From Octopus vulgaris (Eukaryota), in assembly GCA_951406725.2 (NCBI GenBank), contig OX597834.1:19592001-19656000 (forward strand): a DNA stretch of 64,000 bases. Direction: 5' to 3'. The position numbers were made by a program, and so were the translations under genes. The notes under the pieces were generated by a model, which worked only from the letters and a program-made list of their open reading frames with translations, was not told the DNA's origin and made no database searches. Positions 38,515 through 51,331 of the stretch are shown here, in pieces; positions within the stretch are counted from its first letter, which is position 1, and the number at the start of each line of letters is the position of its first letter.

Positions 38515-39400
38515 CAACTGCCAGTCTCTTGGTTATGACAATAAGGGTTCCATTTGATCCAATCAACAGAGCAGCCTGCTTGTGAAATCAATGTGCAAGT
38601 GGCTGAGTACTCCATGGACATGTGTACCCTTAACGTAGTTTCATAGGGAGATTCAGCATGAGTACACTGGAGCAAAGTGAAATAAAGTTTCTTGCTCAAG
38701 AACACAATGTGCTACTGGGAATGCACTCCACAGACACATGTACCCTTAATGTAGTCCTCAGGGAAAGGCAGCGAGCTGGCAGAAATGTTAGCACGCCGGG
38801 CAAAATGCTTATTGCAATTTCGTCTGCTGCTACATTCTGAGTTCAAATTCCGCCAAGGTTGACTTTGCCGTTCATCCTTTCGGGGTCGATAAATAAAGTA
38901 CCAGTTACGCACTGGGGTCGATGTAATCCACTTAATCCCTTTGTCTGTCCTTGTTTGTCCCCTCTGTGTGTAACCTCTTGTGGGCAGTAAAGAAATAAGA
39001 AACATTTGGATGCTGGACGAAATGCTTAGGGGTCTGTCTTTATGTTCTGAGTTCAAATTACACCAAGGTCAACTTTGTCTTTCATCCTTCCGGGGTTGAT
39101 AAATTAGGTACCTGTTGCATACTGGGGTCGATCTAATCGACTGGCACCCTCTCCTAAAATTTCAGGCCTTGTGCCTAGAGTAGAAAAGAATGTAGTTTTC
39201 AGGGAAGCTCAGGATGATATAGAATGGGATATGACTGACCCTTTGAATTACAGGTCCCACTCATTTTTGCCACATGAATGGAATGGAGCAATGTGAAATA
39301 AAATGTCTTTCTCAGAGACACAATATGCCAACAGGAATCGAACTCACAACCTTACGATCTTGAGCTAAGCACTCTAACTGCTTAGCCATATGCCTTCACA
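38515..39400. mobile_element. nested SINE cluster: C/D-type SINE pieces (-) interrupted by two family B copies (+, about 38767-38999 and 39000-39190)
   Basis: AATGTAGTCCTCAGGGAA (about 38748) and AATGTAGTTTTCAGGGAA (about 39189) flank the inserted B copies. Confidence 0.8.
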
Positions 39401-39544
39401 ATGGAATCTTTGAGGAAGTAATGAAGCAGTACCACACAATGGTTCAAAGAACATATTTCTCCAACTCATCCCAACGTAGTAAAACAGATATTGAAAAATG
39501 TAAAGCACACACACACACGATGGCTGCTACATAATTTCTCTATA

Positions 39545-40224
39545 GGCATAGGAGTGGCTGAGTGGTAAGTAGCTTGCTTATGAACCACATGCTTCTGGGT
39601 TCAGTCCCACTATGTGGCACCTTGGGCAAGTGTCTTCTACTATAGCCTCAGGCTGACCAAAGCCTTGTGAGTGGATTTGGTAGACGGAAACTGAAAGAAG
39701 CCCATCGCATATATATATATATAAATATATATATATATACACACACATACACACATATATATATGTGTGTGTGTGTGTGTGTATATTTGTGAGCTGGCAG
39801 AAATGTTAGCACGCCAAGCGAAATGCGTAGCTGTATTTCGTCCACCATTACGTTCTGAGTTCAAATTCCGCCGAGGTTGACTTTGCCTTTCATCCTTTCA
39901 AGGTCAATAAAAAAAGTACCAGTTACGCACTGGGGTCGATGTTATCGACTTAATCGCTTTGTCTGTCCTTGTTTGTCCCCTCTATGTTTACCCCTTTGTG
40001 GGCAGTAAAGAAATACATATTTATGTGTCTGTGTTTGTCCCCTCAACATCGCTTGGCGAGCGATGCTGGTGTGTTTACATCCTCATAACTTAGCGGTTCA
40101 GCAAAAGAGACCGATAGAATAAGTACTAGGCTTACAAAGAATAAGTCCTGAGATCGATTTGCTCGACTAAAGGCGGTGCTCCAGCATGGCCACAGTCAAA
40201 TGACTGAAACAAGTAAAAGAGTAA
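39545..40224 (+). mobile_element. SINE family A with a family B SINE (about 39790-40013) nested in its internal microsatellite
   Basis: A head 39545-39705, B body, then A 3' half resumes at about 40025. Confidence 0.9.
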
Positions 40225-40247
40225 GAGCTGCATAGATGTAGCTTATT

Positions 40248-40640
40248 TTTTTTTAATGGGAGCACTCCGTCGGTTACAACGTTGAGGGTCCCAGTTGATC
40301 CGAATCAACGGAACAGCCTGCTCGTGAAATTAACGTGTAAGTGGCTGAGCACTCCACAGACACGTGTACCCTTAACGTAGTTCTCGGGGATATTCAGCGT
40401 GACACAGAGAGTGACAAGGCCGGCCCTTTGAAATACAGGTAAAACAGAAACAGGAGGTAAGAGTGAGAGAAAATTGTGGTGAAAGATTACAGCAGGGATC
40501 ACCACTATCCCCTGCCGGAGCCTCGTGGAACTTTTAGGTGTTTTCGTTCAATAAACACTCACAACGCCCGGTCTGGGAATCGAAACCGTGATCCTACGAT
40601 TGCGAGTCCGCTGCCCTAACCACTGAGCCATTGCGCCTCC
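40248..40640 (-). mobile_element. SINE family C, full length, 11-bp TSD, A-tail
   Basis: Minus strand GGAGGCGCAATGGCTCAGTGGTTAGGGCAGCGG..GGTTTCGATTCCC (A/B boxes); TGTAGCTTATT at 40237-40247 and 40641-40651. Confidence 0.93.
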
Positions 40641-41037
40641 TGTAGCTTATTAGTCCTGATAAGAGCCTACGTGTTTTTGCACAGAAGCAGGGGAACAATG
40701 GGTGCCTCTTGCAGCAGGTTTTAACTGAGCTGATTCCCCCCATGCTGCCACCGCCTTCATCTTCTCATGGAATTTTTTTCAGTGTTTTGCTCTTTGCCCA
40801 GTTATGGCCCATCTGTAATGTGCAACGCGTAACAGAGATGTCGAAAATCAAGTGTGCATGGGAATGTGTGTGAGTGCACAGTTAGATATAGAAGTGCAAA
40901 ACTTTGATTTAAAAATACACGAAATTTTCCAGCCTTTGTTTTGATATTCACACACACACACACATATATACATACATACACACACACATACATACATACA
41001 CAAATACATACATATATATATATACATATATATATAC

Positions 41038-41090
<53 letters not shown>

Positions 41091-41318
41091 TACACACATA
41101 CATCACTTATTATATCTACACACTCCTACATAATACACATACGTAAGTTATATATATCAACTGAGATATGTGTAGATGTGGGGTTGTGTGTGTGTGTGTG
41201 TGATGGTGAACATAATTTATGCTATCTATTGAAATAGATCAACGGATGTCATCTTTAAACAAAAAGTTCCTCTGATTTCAGGATCTCTTTCAAAAATAAT
41301 CAGCAGCAAACTCACACA

Positions 41319-41350
<32 letters not shown>

Positions 41351-41820
41351 GCGATAAAAATATTTTCTACAAAAGAGGAAAAAATAACATGTTGTACTCG
41401 TTTCATAATTCTTTCCTTTTTATTTTGTAAATTTTCATTTTATATTTAAAACGACACATTTTGTTTTTTAGTTTTATGACTTCAGAATTTTGTACAGTTT
41501 GTGTATTTCATTCTAGATTTTCTATTCAATATAGAATATATGCAGATCAAGAGACAGGCAGTTAACCATAAATCTACTCATGCATACCCATAAATTTGCA
41601 TATATGTCGGCAAGGACACATATGTATCTGGCAGTAGAGCGATTTAAAGTGGATAAAAATATTCTTTGTCTCTTTTCCTCTCTACTACACACGTACTTTT
41701 GACTTCTATTGCTGTCTCTCTTTACTTGACTTATTTCTGCTTTCTGTCCCCTCTTTTACCCTTTTCCAATGAACTGCAGTGCATCTAAGCACTAAATACA
41801 ACAAGTCTATTATTATTATT

Positions 41821-41989
41821 GCGCCTCCCTCTATAGGGAGTTTTAATTGTTTTTATTTTTCGTTGTCATCCTGCTTTTGTACACGGACTTTTTCAAATGG
41901 ACAAAACCCTTTGTAACTTTCGTCCTGTGTTTTGTCCCTTTATGTTTTAATTGATTTTTGTTAGCCCTTGTGGCCAATAAACGAACGAA
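41821..41989 (+). mobile_element. probable LINE 3' end sharing the family B SINE tail
   Basis: Ends TTTGTCCCTTTATGTTT..TTAGCCCTTGTGGCCAATAAA vs SINE B TTTGTCCCCTCTATGTTTAGCCCCTTGTGGGTAATAAA; upstream sequence is not SINE B; flanked by (ATT)n. Confidence 0.5.
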
Positions 41990-41992
41990 TTA

Positions 41993-42033
<41 letters not shown>

Positions 42034-42400
42034 GAGTGAGAGAGCAGTGCATGCCATCAAAGTGATACTGGGGTGCAAATTTACAAAGCCCAGTTTACCC
42101 ATCATGACTACCCATCTGATAAGAGCACACCAGGCACATGCATCACAACCATAGGTGCAAGACATGGTGATCTCACATCAAGATAGACAGTGCATGACCT
42201 TGTAGGTGGGGCCCATTTGGAATTTTCTTCAGGTCAAGTAGCCCATCCTGCTCAAAAGGTTCTTGAATAAAGTTTAAGGATGCTGAACAAAACACCCATA
42301 TTTCCAAAGGTGAATTATCCAAACCCCCAAGGAAGTCCTCTCAACACATGGCTATGATGCTCCCCCACTACTTCTGCTTGTGATCAGAGATGCACATTAT
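41990..42400 (-). mobile_element. interspersed repeat with (AAT)n tail, probable LINE 3' region
   Basis: GC-richer block ending (minus strand) CTCTCTCACTC-(AAT)n; lies just downstream of the R4/Dong-like coding remnant; single copy in window. Confidence 0.45.
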
Positions 42401-42480
42401 TGTTATTATGAAAGCCTCTCAGTTCTTAATTACTGGTTATTCCTTACTTGAAAGCAGGCAACAACAAATCACCAATGGTT

Positions 42481-42612
42481 TCAAGTAGTGCTTTCTCCTG
42501 TGACCCAAAGAGATAATACTCTCCTTAGAATGTGAGCTGTACCCAACAATACTGACTTCTGGATCATCTCGAGCCTGACAGCAGCGCCAATGTTCTTAAT
42601 ATGCTTTTCAAG
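42481..42612 (-). mobile_element. R4/Dong-like retrotransposon C-terminal remnant
   Basis: LEKHIKNIGAAVRLEMIQKSVLLGTAHILRRVLS; QK..LLGTA.ILR..L motif. Confidence 0.75.
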
Positions 42613-42873
42613 AAGAAGAAGAAGAAGAATTAGTTCTAATTTAGACACAAGGCTAGCAGTTCTGAAGGTTAGGATCTTAGTCAAGACTCTCAACTTTAAT
42701 AAACATCAGTTCTTTACTTTATCGACCTCTAAATGATAAATGTTAAAGTGTTGCTCTTGAAAAGTTTTGAGCTTGAAATATACAGAAGAAATGTCTTTTG
42801 GCATTTTGTCTGATGCTCTAATGATTCTTTTAGCCGGCCATCTAGATGATGAAAATGAGATGATGATGAGGAT

Positions 42874-43196
42874 CAGTGGTGGACTGGCCAAGTTGTCAGC
42901 TTGCCCGATGGCAAGTGAGCCCCTGCACCACTAGAATCCATATATGGGAGAGCCAATGTTAGTATCTAAGGGGCCCATCCCATCAAGTTTGAGAATTTTT
43001 TTATTCACTCCTGGAAGAATTAATTAATTATTTCAGCCTGACTGTGTTTGTAGACAGTTGGAAAGAATACTTTTAACAAAAAAATTTTTTTTTAATTAAA
43101 TGATAGCATTGTAGTTGCACGTGGATCCCCTTGTAGTTGCAGGTGAGCCTCCTTAGTCTCCTGGCAACCAATATATTTAGACCCAGTCCATCACTG
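42874..43196. mobile_element. hAT-like MITE
   Basis: 14-bp TIRs CAGTGGTGGACTGG / CCAGTCCATCACTG (1 mismatch); 8-bp flanks ATGAGGAT / ATGATGAT (in a GAT repeat, so the TSD is only suggestive). Confidence 0.75.
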
Positions 43197-43809
43197 ATGA
43201 TGATGATAGTAATAATAAAAATGATGAATGACAACCATGATAATTCCATAATAATATAATTACTGAACAGAAGTCCCTTCTGTGGTCCTCTCCCATTCTA
43301 TATTACTTATATTGGGGAGGGAAAATACAAAAGATATTTGAATATATATATTAAAAGAAATGTCAAAAAAAAAAATCATTTTTGCCACCACAAGAAAAAA
43401 AAAGTAGCCAAAGTTATCATGTGTGTGTTAATAAATCAGAAAATAATTAAAGAAGGAAAGGAAAAAAGACTGGGAGAGTCTTGAACACAAAAAAATAACA
43501 TTAATGGGGTTGTTATACAAAGTTTTAGATTCATATTAACCATTTAAGAGGAATGCTAACATCAGATCAATAAATAGAATATAAATACATACATAGATAC
43601 ATATATACACTCATCCAAACAACACACACATAGACACACAAATGCATGATCACTTATATATATAAATATATAGTTATATTACTAGCTGACCCAATTTTCA
43701 GTATTAAGCCTAATATATTGCAATAGTAATAATAATCAGAATTAAAGTAAATTCAGTTACATGAACTTCAAAAGATAAAGAAAATCACCATTATTATTAT
43801 GATTAGTAT

Positions 43810-44702
43810 AGCGGTGAGCTGGCAGAATCATTACCATGCCAGATGAAATATTAGAGGAATTTCAGCCGTCTTTATGTTCTGAGTTGAAGTTCTGCTGAGG
43901 TCGATTTTGTCTTTTGTCCTTCCACAGTTGATAGAATAAGTACCAGTTAAATATTGGGGTCAATGTAATCAACTATTCCCCTCCACCAAATTTCAGGCCA
44001 TGTGCTTATACAAGAAAGGATTATTCTTTTCTACTCTAGGCACAAGGCCTGAAATTTTGGAAGATGGGGGGGGGCAGTCGATTAGATCGACCACAGTACA
44101 CAACTGGTACTTATTTATCATCCCTGAAAGGATGAAAAGCAAAGTTGACCTTTGTGGAATTTGAACTCAAAATATAACGGCAGACGAAATGCTGCTAAGC
44201 ATTTTGCCCAACATGCTAATGTTTCTTATTTCTTTACTGCCCACAAAGAGCCACGTGCAGAAGGGACAAACAAGGACAGACAAACGGATTAAGTCGATTA
44301 TATCGACCCCAGTGCGTAACTGGTACTTATTTACTTGACCCCCAAAAAATGAATGGCAAAGTCGACCTCGGCGGAATTTGAACTCAGAACGTAGCAGCAG
44401 ACAAAATACCACTAAGCATTTCGCCCAGCATGCTAACGTTTCTGCCAGCTTGCCACCTTAATTATTACAATTATTAAGGCAGCGAGCTGGCAGAAAAGTT
44501 TGCACTTTTCGCAAAATGCTTAGCAGTATTTCGTCTGGCTTATGTCCGGAGTTCGAATTCTGCTAAGGTCGACATTGCTTTTCATCCTTTCAGGACCAAT
44601 TAAATAAGTACTAGTTATGCTCTGCGGTCGATGCAGTCCCTTGGTCTGTCTTTGTTTGTCCCCTCCCTCTATGTTTAGCCCCCCTGTGGGCAATAAAGAA
44701 AT
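43810..44702. mobile_element. cluster of four family B SINEs (+,-,-,+)
   Basis: About 43810-44022 (+), 44025-44223 (-), 44225-44459 (-), 44477-44702 (+). Confidence 0.88.
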
Positions 44703-45584
44703 CATTATTATTATTATTAGTAGTAGTAGTAGTACTTATGTTATTGATGATAATGATGCTGATGGTGTCATTATTTTTATTTTTAATATTTGAATTATAA
44801 AAATGAATAAATTTTGAAGAGACAATGATGGGGCTGGTGTGTTGGTGGTGGTAGTGGTGGTGGTGGTGGGGGTGGCAAAGACAATGATGATAAAGGTGAC
44901 ATGAACTGTAGGAAGGATGAAGTAACCAAGAAGCTATTTGCCAATTCTGCTTCTAATTCACAGTTATCTGGTTTTGTGGTGAATAGAGCTTTAACTGGTT
45001 AATGCATGTGCTCGCCACTTCAAATTAACCCTCTCCCCTTCCTGGTCTCCTTCTCCTCCTCCTCTTTACATTACCATATTACCCTCAAGCATCTTCTTCT
45101 TCAACATATTATGTAATCTGCATTGTCTTTTTGTTGTAGCTATGCTCCTCAGGAAAATGCTAAGTGCAGAGGCTTCTCCTTTTTCCTCTTTAGTTTATTT
45201 TTGAGTCGACACCAAATGCAGATTATCATTTGAATTAATAGGGGAGCCTGAGGCTTTACATGTTCATTTTATCTACTAGAAATAGCAGCAAAAGTTCACT
45301 CAAAGCATACCTTACTATCTTTAATCCAAAGAGAAAAGAATGACATATTAGATAATATATAACAAGATGGTTTTTTTTTATATAATTATTCATCTATTTA
45401 TTTTTTTATTTTTTGACCGCCTACCAACTTGCCCAAGTCAGCCAAGCTGCCAAAGGGAGTAATCCGATTTTTTATGCAATTTCTGAAAAAAAAAATTTTT
45501 TTGTAGTCTTATAGAAATCGCTAAAAAAATATCCAATGTAAATTGGACTAGTAAATTTATTTATTTGTTTATTAAAGAAGTATC

Positions 45585-45812
45585 AATAGAGTACCGGAGT
45601 CGATGCAGTTGACTCACCCATCCACTGAAATTGCTGGCCTTGTGCCAGTTGATTAGATCGACCCCAGTACGCAAATGGTAATTAATTTATCGACCCTGAA
45701 AGAATGAAAGGCAAAGTTGACCTTAGTGTAATTTGAACTCAGAACATAAAGACACAAAATACTGCTAAGCATTTCGCCCAGCATGCTAACGTTTCTGCCA
45801 GCTTGACACCTT
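45585..45812. mobile_element. family B fragments (+ then -)
   Basis: Similarity to other copies. Confidence 0.75.
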
Positions 45813-46027
45813 GAAACCCGTATCTAACATCATCCTCAGTGTAATATCCCTTTTAAGATTTCTCAAAATAAGCCACCACATGACAGGTAACACTTTAATG
45901 TTAAAAATAAAGGCTTCTGTGTTCAGCAGTGGAACAGTATTATGCTATTGAAGTAGATTTTGAAATTGTAATGGTAGTATGCCACAGTAAATTGCAGAGG
46001 TAGGAGATAGAAAATTGTAGAGGAAGT

Positions 46028-46349
46028 GACAGACCATGGGATTGCACCTAGAAAGTTACACTCCCAGGCACAAGTCCGGGCAAGGTTGTTTATGGAAGAC
46101 CAGCAGTCGCCCATGCATACCAGCCTCCCCTCTCCATGCCACCAGTGTTATCCAAGGGAAAGGCAAAGGCTGATACAGCTTGGCACCAGTGACGTCACAA
46201 CTCATTTCTACAGTTGAGTGAACTGGAGCAACGTGAAATAAAGTGTCTTGCTCAAGAACACAACATGCAGCCCGGTCCGGGATTCGAGCTCACAACTTCA
46301 CAATCGTAAGTTCGACGCTTTAACCACTGAGCCATGCGCCTTCACACAT
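46028..46349 (-). mobile_element. SINE family D (CORE-like), full length, flanked by 36-bp direct repeat
   Basis: Minus strand GTGAAGGCGCATGGCTCAGTGGTTAAAGCG..GCTCGAATCCC..GTGTTCTTGAGCAAGACACTTTATTTCAC; repeat at 45992-46027 and 46350-46385. Confidence 0.92.
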
Positions 46350-46649
46350 TTGCAGAGGTAGGAGGTAGAAACTTGTAGAGGAAGTAGGTAGTCACTTGCT
46401 CTAATTGCTGGACAAATTTTATTGTAAACTGAAGTGATCCAGCTTTTGAAAAGAAGAGAAACTAGTTGAGCTGTGAACTGACATCAAGTACCATTAATTA
46501 AATCTATCAAAAGATTTGGATTGAATCAAGTTAATGAAGAACCCTACTGAAGCTAGATTTAAGCTATGTTCCAACATTATCTGTCACAAGATTACCTGTT
46601 TGGGAACCCTACAATACTTACAGTATTGGGTAGTGTTGAAGATTATTAT

Positions 46650-46783
46650 TTACATTTGACAGATATTTGTCCTCATCTTGTTTGTTGTTAACACATTTCA
46701 GCTGATATACCATCCTGCCTTCATCAGGTGTCTGGGGAGAATTTCAATCCTTGGTTCCCATTCCTAAGCTATTTTTCAATGTT
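46650..46783 (-). mobile_element. short element with damaged hammerhead motif (46691-46731)
   Basis: Minus strand ACAC-CTGATGA-A-GGCAG..CAGCT-GAAAT-GTGT: intact CUGAUGA and GAAA, stem I ACAC/GTGT, but the stem III/cleavage segment is too short. Confidence 0.5.
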
Positions 46784-46784
46784 A

Positions 46785-46945
46785 AAGGCCTGAACTGTGG
46801 GCAAGGGAACTAGTTGATTACGTCGATCACTAAAAGGATAAAGGCAAAGTCAACCTTCACAGAATTTGATCCCAGAACGTAAAGGCAGCCAAAATGCTGC
46901 TAAACATTTTGTCAATCAGGCTAATGATTCTACCAGCTCATCGCC

Positions 46946-46990
<45 letters not shown>

Positions 46991-47023
46991 GTAATGATAA
47001 TGATAATAATAATAATAATAATA

Positions 47024-47060
<37 letters not shown>
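46785..47060 (-). mobile_element. decayed family B SINE plus (AAT)n/(ATT)n tract
   Basis: Similarity to other copies; microsatellite 46948-47060. Confidence 0.75.
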
Positions 47061-47062
<2 letters not shown>

Positions 47063-47219
47063 TCTTCAGTTGGTTACAAAGGCCCAGGATGCTAAGGACT
47101 ACATTTAAAATATGAAAAGCAACAACACAATAATAACGATGATGTTTTAACAACAACAATAATGTTTTGATAATTATAATAATTAACTAATAATTATAAT
47201 AATTAAACTATAATTAACT

Positions 47220-47250
<31 letters not shown>

Positions 47251-47594
47251 CTTTTACTTATTTCTTTTCATTTACACTTTGTTTTTTGAAATGTTAATTT
47301 GTGCAAGTGCAACATTAAAGAGATAGAAAAGATAATAAACAGAGAAAGAGAGAGAAAGAGAGAGAGAGAGAGAGCATTGCTCACCTATCATTCAGATTAT
47401 TCAAATTTATGGAGATTGCAATAAAAGGGAAGCAATGGTTTATATCAGGGAGGTCAGTGCCTTGTACCTTTTCTTACTAACCTGATGCATGGCATCATCA
47501 GTGGGATCACTAAAAGGTTTTGTGTACTATAGCAGTTTGATGCGAGAGTCTGCAAACTGAAGATTTGTGTGGATGGTTGTATCACTGTCTGTCT

Positions 47595-48056
47595 ATGTAT
47601 CTGCGTGTATTTGTGTGTGTTTGTGTGTATGTTTGCATGTATGTATGTATGTATGCATGTATGCATGCATGTACGTACGTATGTATGTATGTATGTATGT
47701 ATGTATGTTTGTGTGTATGTATGTTTGTGTGTATGTGTGTAAGTAATACATATATATATATATGTATGTTTGTGTGTATGTATGTTTGCATATATGTAGG
47801 TATGTATGTATGTGGGGATATATTTATGTATGTATCTATATGCATGTGTGTGTGCTCAAATGAATGTTTACATGTATGTATTTATTTATGCTTGTATGTA
47901 TATGTATCAGTATTTGTATGTATGTATGCATGTATGTATGTATGTATGTATGTATGTATGTATGTATGTATGTATGTATGTATGTATGTATGTATGTATG
48001 TATGTATGTATGTATGTATGTATGTATGTATGTATGTATGTATGTATGTATGTATG

Positions 48057-48090
<34 letters not shown>

Positions 48091-48190
48091 TGTATGTATG
48101 TATGTGTGTATGTATGTATGTATGTATGTATGTATGTATGTATGTATGTGTGTATGTATGTAAGTACATGTGTGTGCATGTATGCATGAA
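47595..48190. repeat. (ATGT)n microsatellite, pure core about 47930-48160
   Basis: Directly visible. Confidence 0.95.
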
Positions 48191-48598
48191 TTTGTTTAAA
48201 TGTATATGTATGAGTGTGTGTTTGGATACATATAGCTGAATGTGTGTGTATGTATTTGTTTAAGTGTGTATTTGTGGAGTGTATGTATATAAATGTACAT
48301 ATGAATGTATGAATGTATATGAGTGTGTGTGTGTATGTTTGTATTTGTGTATTTATGTATGTATATGTGCATATGTTTGTGTGTGTGTCTGCCTGTCTGT
48401 CAATCTTGCCATCCTCTCAATACCCATGCATGCATACAAACATGCTTACATGTACATATGTCAGCATACATGTATGTATGATGTAGACATGCATGTGCAT
48501 GGCTGCCTGTCTGCCAGCTTCCCTGTCAAGCTGGCTCTGTACTTTGTCCTCATTGATTTATATATTATGCTCAAATACACACACACACACATACACAT

Positions 48599-48631
<33 letters not shown>

Positions 48632-48839
48632 AAAACACACACACAAACACAAGCACACACACACACACAAACTAACCATCTGACACGTGTGTACATGTAT
48701 GTATGTATGTCTCTGTATATATTATATATATATGTATATATACACACACAATTATATTTATTTATATACATATTTATGTATTTATACACAAATGTATATT
48801 CATGTATATATATATGCATCCACCAACACACACACATGC

Positions 48840-49251
48840 ACATTCATATATATTCATATATGTGTGTGTGTTTGTGTGTTTATAAATTCATATGTATTTC
48901 TGTGTGCACATATATATGTGTGTCTATGTGTGTGTGTGTGTTAACAATCTCTTACTTTTTACAAATATATATATAAATATATATATATATTCATATATAT
49001 ATATGTGTGTGTGTCTGTGTGTTTATAAATTTATATGTATTTGTGTGCACATATATATTATGTGTGTATGTGTGTGTGTTAACAATCTCTTACTTTTTAC
49101 AAATATATATATAAATATATATATATATTCATATATATATTCATATATATATATGTGTGTGTCTGTGTGTTTATAAATTTATATGTATTTGTGTGCGCAC
49201 ATATATATGTGTGTGTATGTGTGTGTGTTAACAATCTCTTACTTTTTACAA

Positions 49252-49275
<24 letters not shown>
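48840..49275 (+). repeat. about 145-bp tandem repeat, 3 units
   Basis: GTGTTTATAAATT..GTTAACAATCTCTTACTTTTTACAAATATA recurs at about 48876, 49019 and 49167. Confidence 0.9.
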
Positions 49276-49286
<11 letters not shown>

Positions 49287-50707
49287 TATATGTACAGACA
49301 CACGCACACGCATGCCCATACACACATACATAGATATTCACAGACACACACCGCATACAAGCAGTTATAATGTTTATATACTTATATATATTTAGAAATA
49401 TTAGACAAGAACAAGCTTATTTCTGTGATTCTCCTGCTAAGCTTAAACAGCATCTCTTGGTATTTTAGATAAATAAAAGCAAGACATCAGATTTGATGAG
49501 ACATACACTGGCTGTCAGTCAGTGTCGCTTCGTCTTTGCTTTCCATGCAAACAAACTTTAACTCAATCGCGTGATTAGCCATTTTTTACTCCCAAGAACA
49601 CTTGTCAGAACATATACTCTCTGCCCTAAACAGGAAACCAGCTGGACTTCTGTCATGACAAATTTCAAATATATGGTTTTATTTGAAAATTCATTTTTGT
49701 TTATTTTATTTCATTTCATTTTTGTCTATTTTATTTTATTTTATTTTGATATTATTTTGACTGTTTTTTTTTTTTTGACAAGGGGTTAACTCCTACAGCA
49801 TCCATCGCTCAGAAATAAGTTATTAATGGACAGAATCTTGTTTTGTTTTTTTTTTTGTTTTGTTTATTCTATTTTATTTTTTGTTTTTGTTATTGTTGTT
49901 GTTTGACTTGTGGTTTTTAAGTGTTAAGTAAATCACAGACTAAATTTAGAAATGACCTCTTCCAGTTGGCTGTCATGCCTTTCGATGTATTTTGGAATTG
50001 GTGAAGGAAGAATCGACATATAAAATTAGTTCTATTTTGGCAGCTACATCTATAGCCAGTACACACTGTTTTAATGAAGAATGGCAGGTCTAAATAGGTT
50101 AGAATTTTAGAAAATTAACAAGGTGTCAGAAGAAGGATGAGCATCATTTTGAATCATGAAAACAGGAGATTAAATGTTTTAATGCCTTTACTTTGAACCA
50201 ATTATCTAGAAAACCAATTTTTTAAAATATATTTTTTTTAATCTTCTCTTTAGATTTTCTTCTTCTGGTTTGCTATTTTCAAGTTTCTATGTAAAATTCT
50301 CCACTTTATGTTTTAAGTTTCAGGAGAGTGAAAGAAAGAGCGAGATCCATTGAACCTGGTTTATGCTAATAGCTGGGGAAAAATCTGTTGTTAATTCATT
50401 CCACTTTGGCCCCGTGATGCCGTTTTTTGACTTAACTCCTTGTTTAAAAGATGTTTGCAGATTCTTTGTTTGTTTAGAGTGAATTGACATCCAGCAAGTG
50501 TATGCTAATAAGGGATGAAGTGAGTGTCGAATCAATAGGATGCTGTTTCATAATAATGATAACGTTGAAGGGGATCATAGTGAAGAATTCAAGACAGATT
50601 ATGGTAATTCTTATTTAAATACAACTAAATATTATGCATACATGTTGTGTGCACATGTGTGCGTATATATCTTTAGTTATATATTTATTTATATGTGTGT
50701 GTGTGTA

Positions 50708-51002
50708 ATTTAAAATACACGAGATTTAAATGCTAGCTACTATACGTTTCATGTCTCTGATAATACAGTAACTGAACAAGCTTGTATAGCATGTTGTGTA
50801 TTGTTGGGCAATCATTCAGGCTCAAAATACTACATAACTTCTTGTTAAGCTCGTTCAACTATTGTGTTATTAGAGGCATGTAACTAACTTATTGTAGCTT
50901 GTATCTAAATGCTGTGTATGTTAAATGATTTTCATCTCTCACTAAATGAAGGGCGTTTTCTGATGATCCCACCAATAATAAAATAATGCATATTTTATAT
51001 AT
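50708..51002 (+). mobile_element. older, diverged foldback element with tail
   Basis: 50708-50783 imperfectly pairs with about 50847-50926 (AAGCT/AGCTT, TGAAC/GTTCA, CATGTCTCT/AGAGGCATG, AGCTAC/GTAGCT, ATTTAA/TTAAAT). Confidence 0.6.
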
Positions 51003-51331
51003 GATGAAATCTCCTGTCACAGATGATAGATGAGTGTTTAAGTTTTGCTAAACATCCTGGACAGATGATTTGTTTATTGTGATCAAAAGTACGTGCTGTA
51101 ACATTAGCTCACTGCCTCTGTTAAATCGACATTGCCTGGACAAGTACACAATGAGTCACTGGTCAAGTGTCAAAGTAATTGCAGAACAACGTGAGATGAA
51201 GTGTTTTGCTCAAGAACAATACCCTAACCACTAGGCCACGTGCCCTCACTTCTATATATATATATGTGTGTGCATGTCTGTGTGTGTATATATATATATA
51301 TAAACATATATATATGAACATATATATATAT

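Noticed and set aside
40575-40640. tRNA-like sequences at SINE heads
   Set aside because: A/B boxes continue into SINE bodies with TSDs; no complete cloverleaf, so not tRNA genes.
45415-45552. TCCAAT-GTAA-ATTGGA-CTAG Helitron-like 3' end
   Set aside because: Hairpin abuts CTAG with no spacer, is AT-rich, and no 5' end could be defined.
47455-47552. Short hairpins with CTGATG/CATCAG and CAGTTTG/CAAACTG
   Set aside because: Short stems with large internal loops; expected by chance; no recognisable RNA family.
48840-49275. Repeat-spacer appearance (also 14499-14573, 36525-37262) suggestive of CRISPR
   Set aside because: Units are whole tandem duplicates or SINE arrays in eukaryotic DNA; no unique spacers or cas genes.
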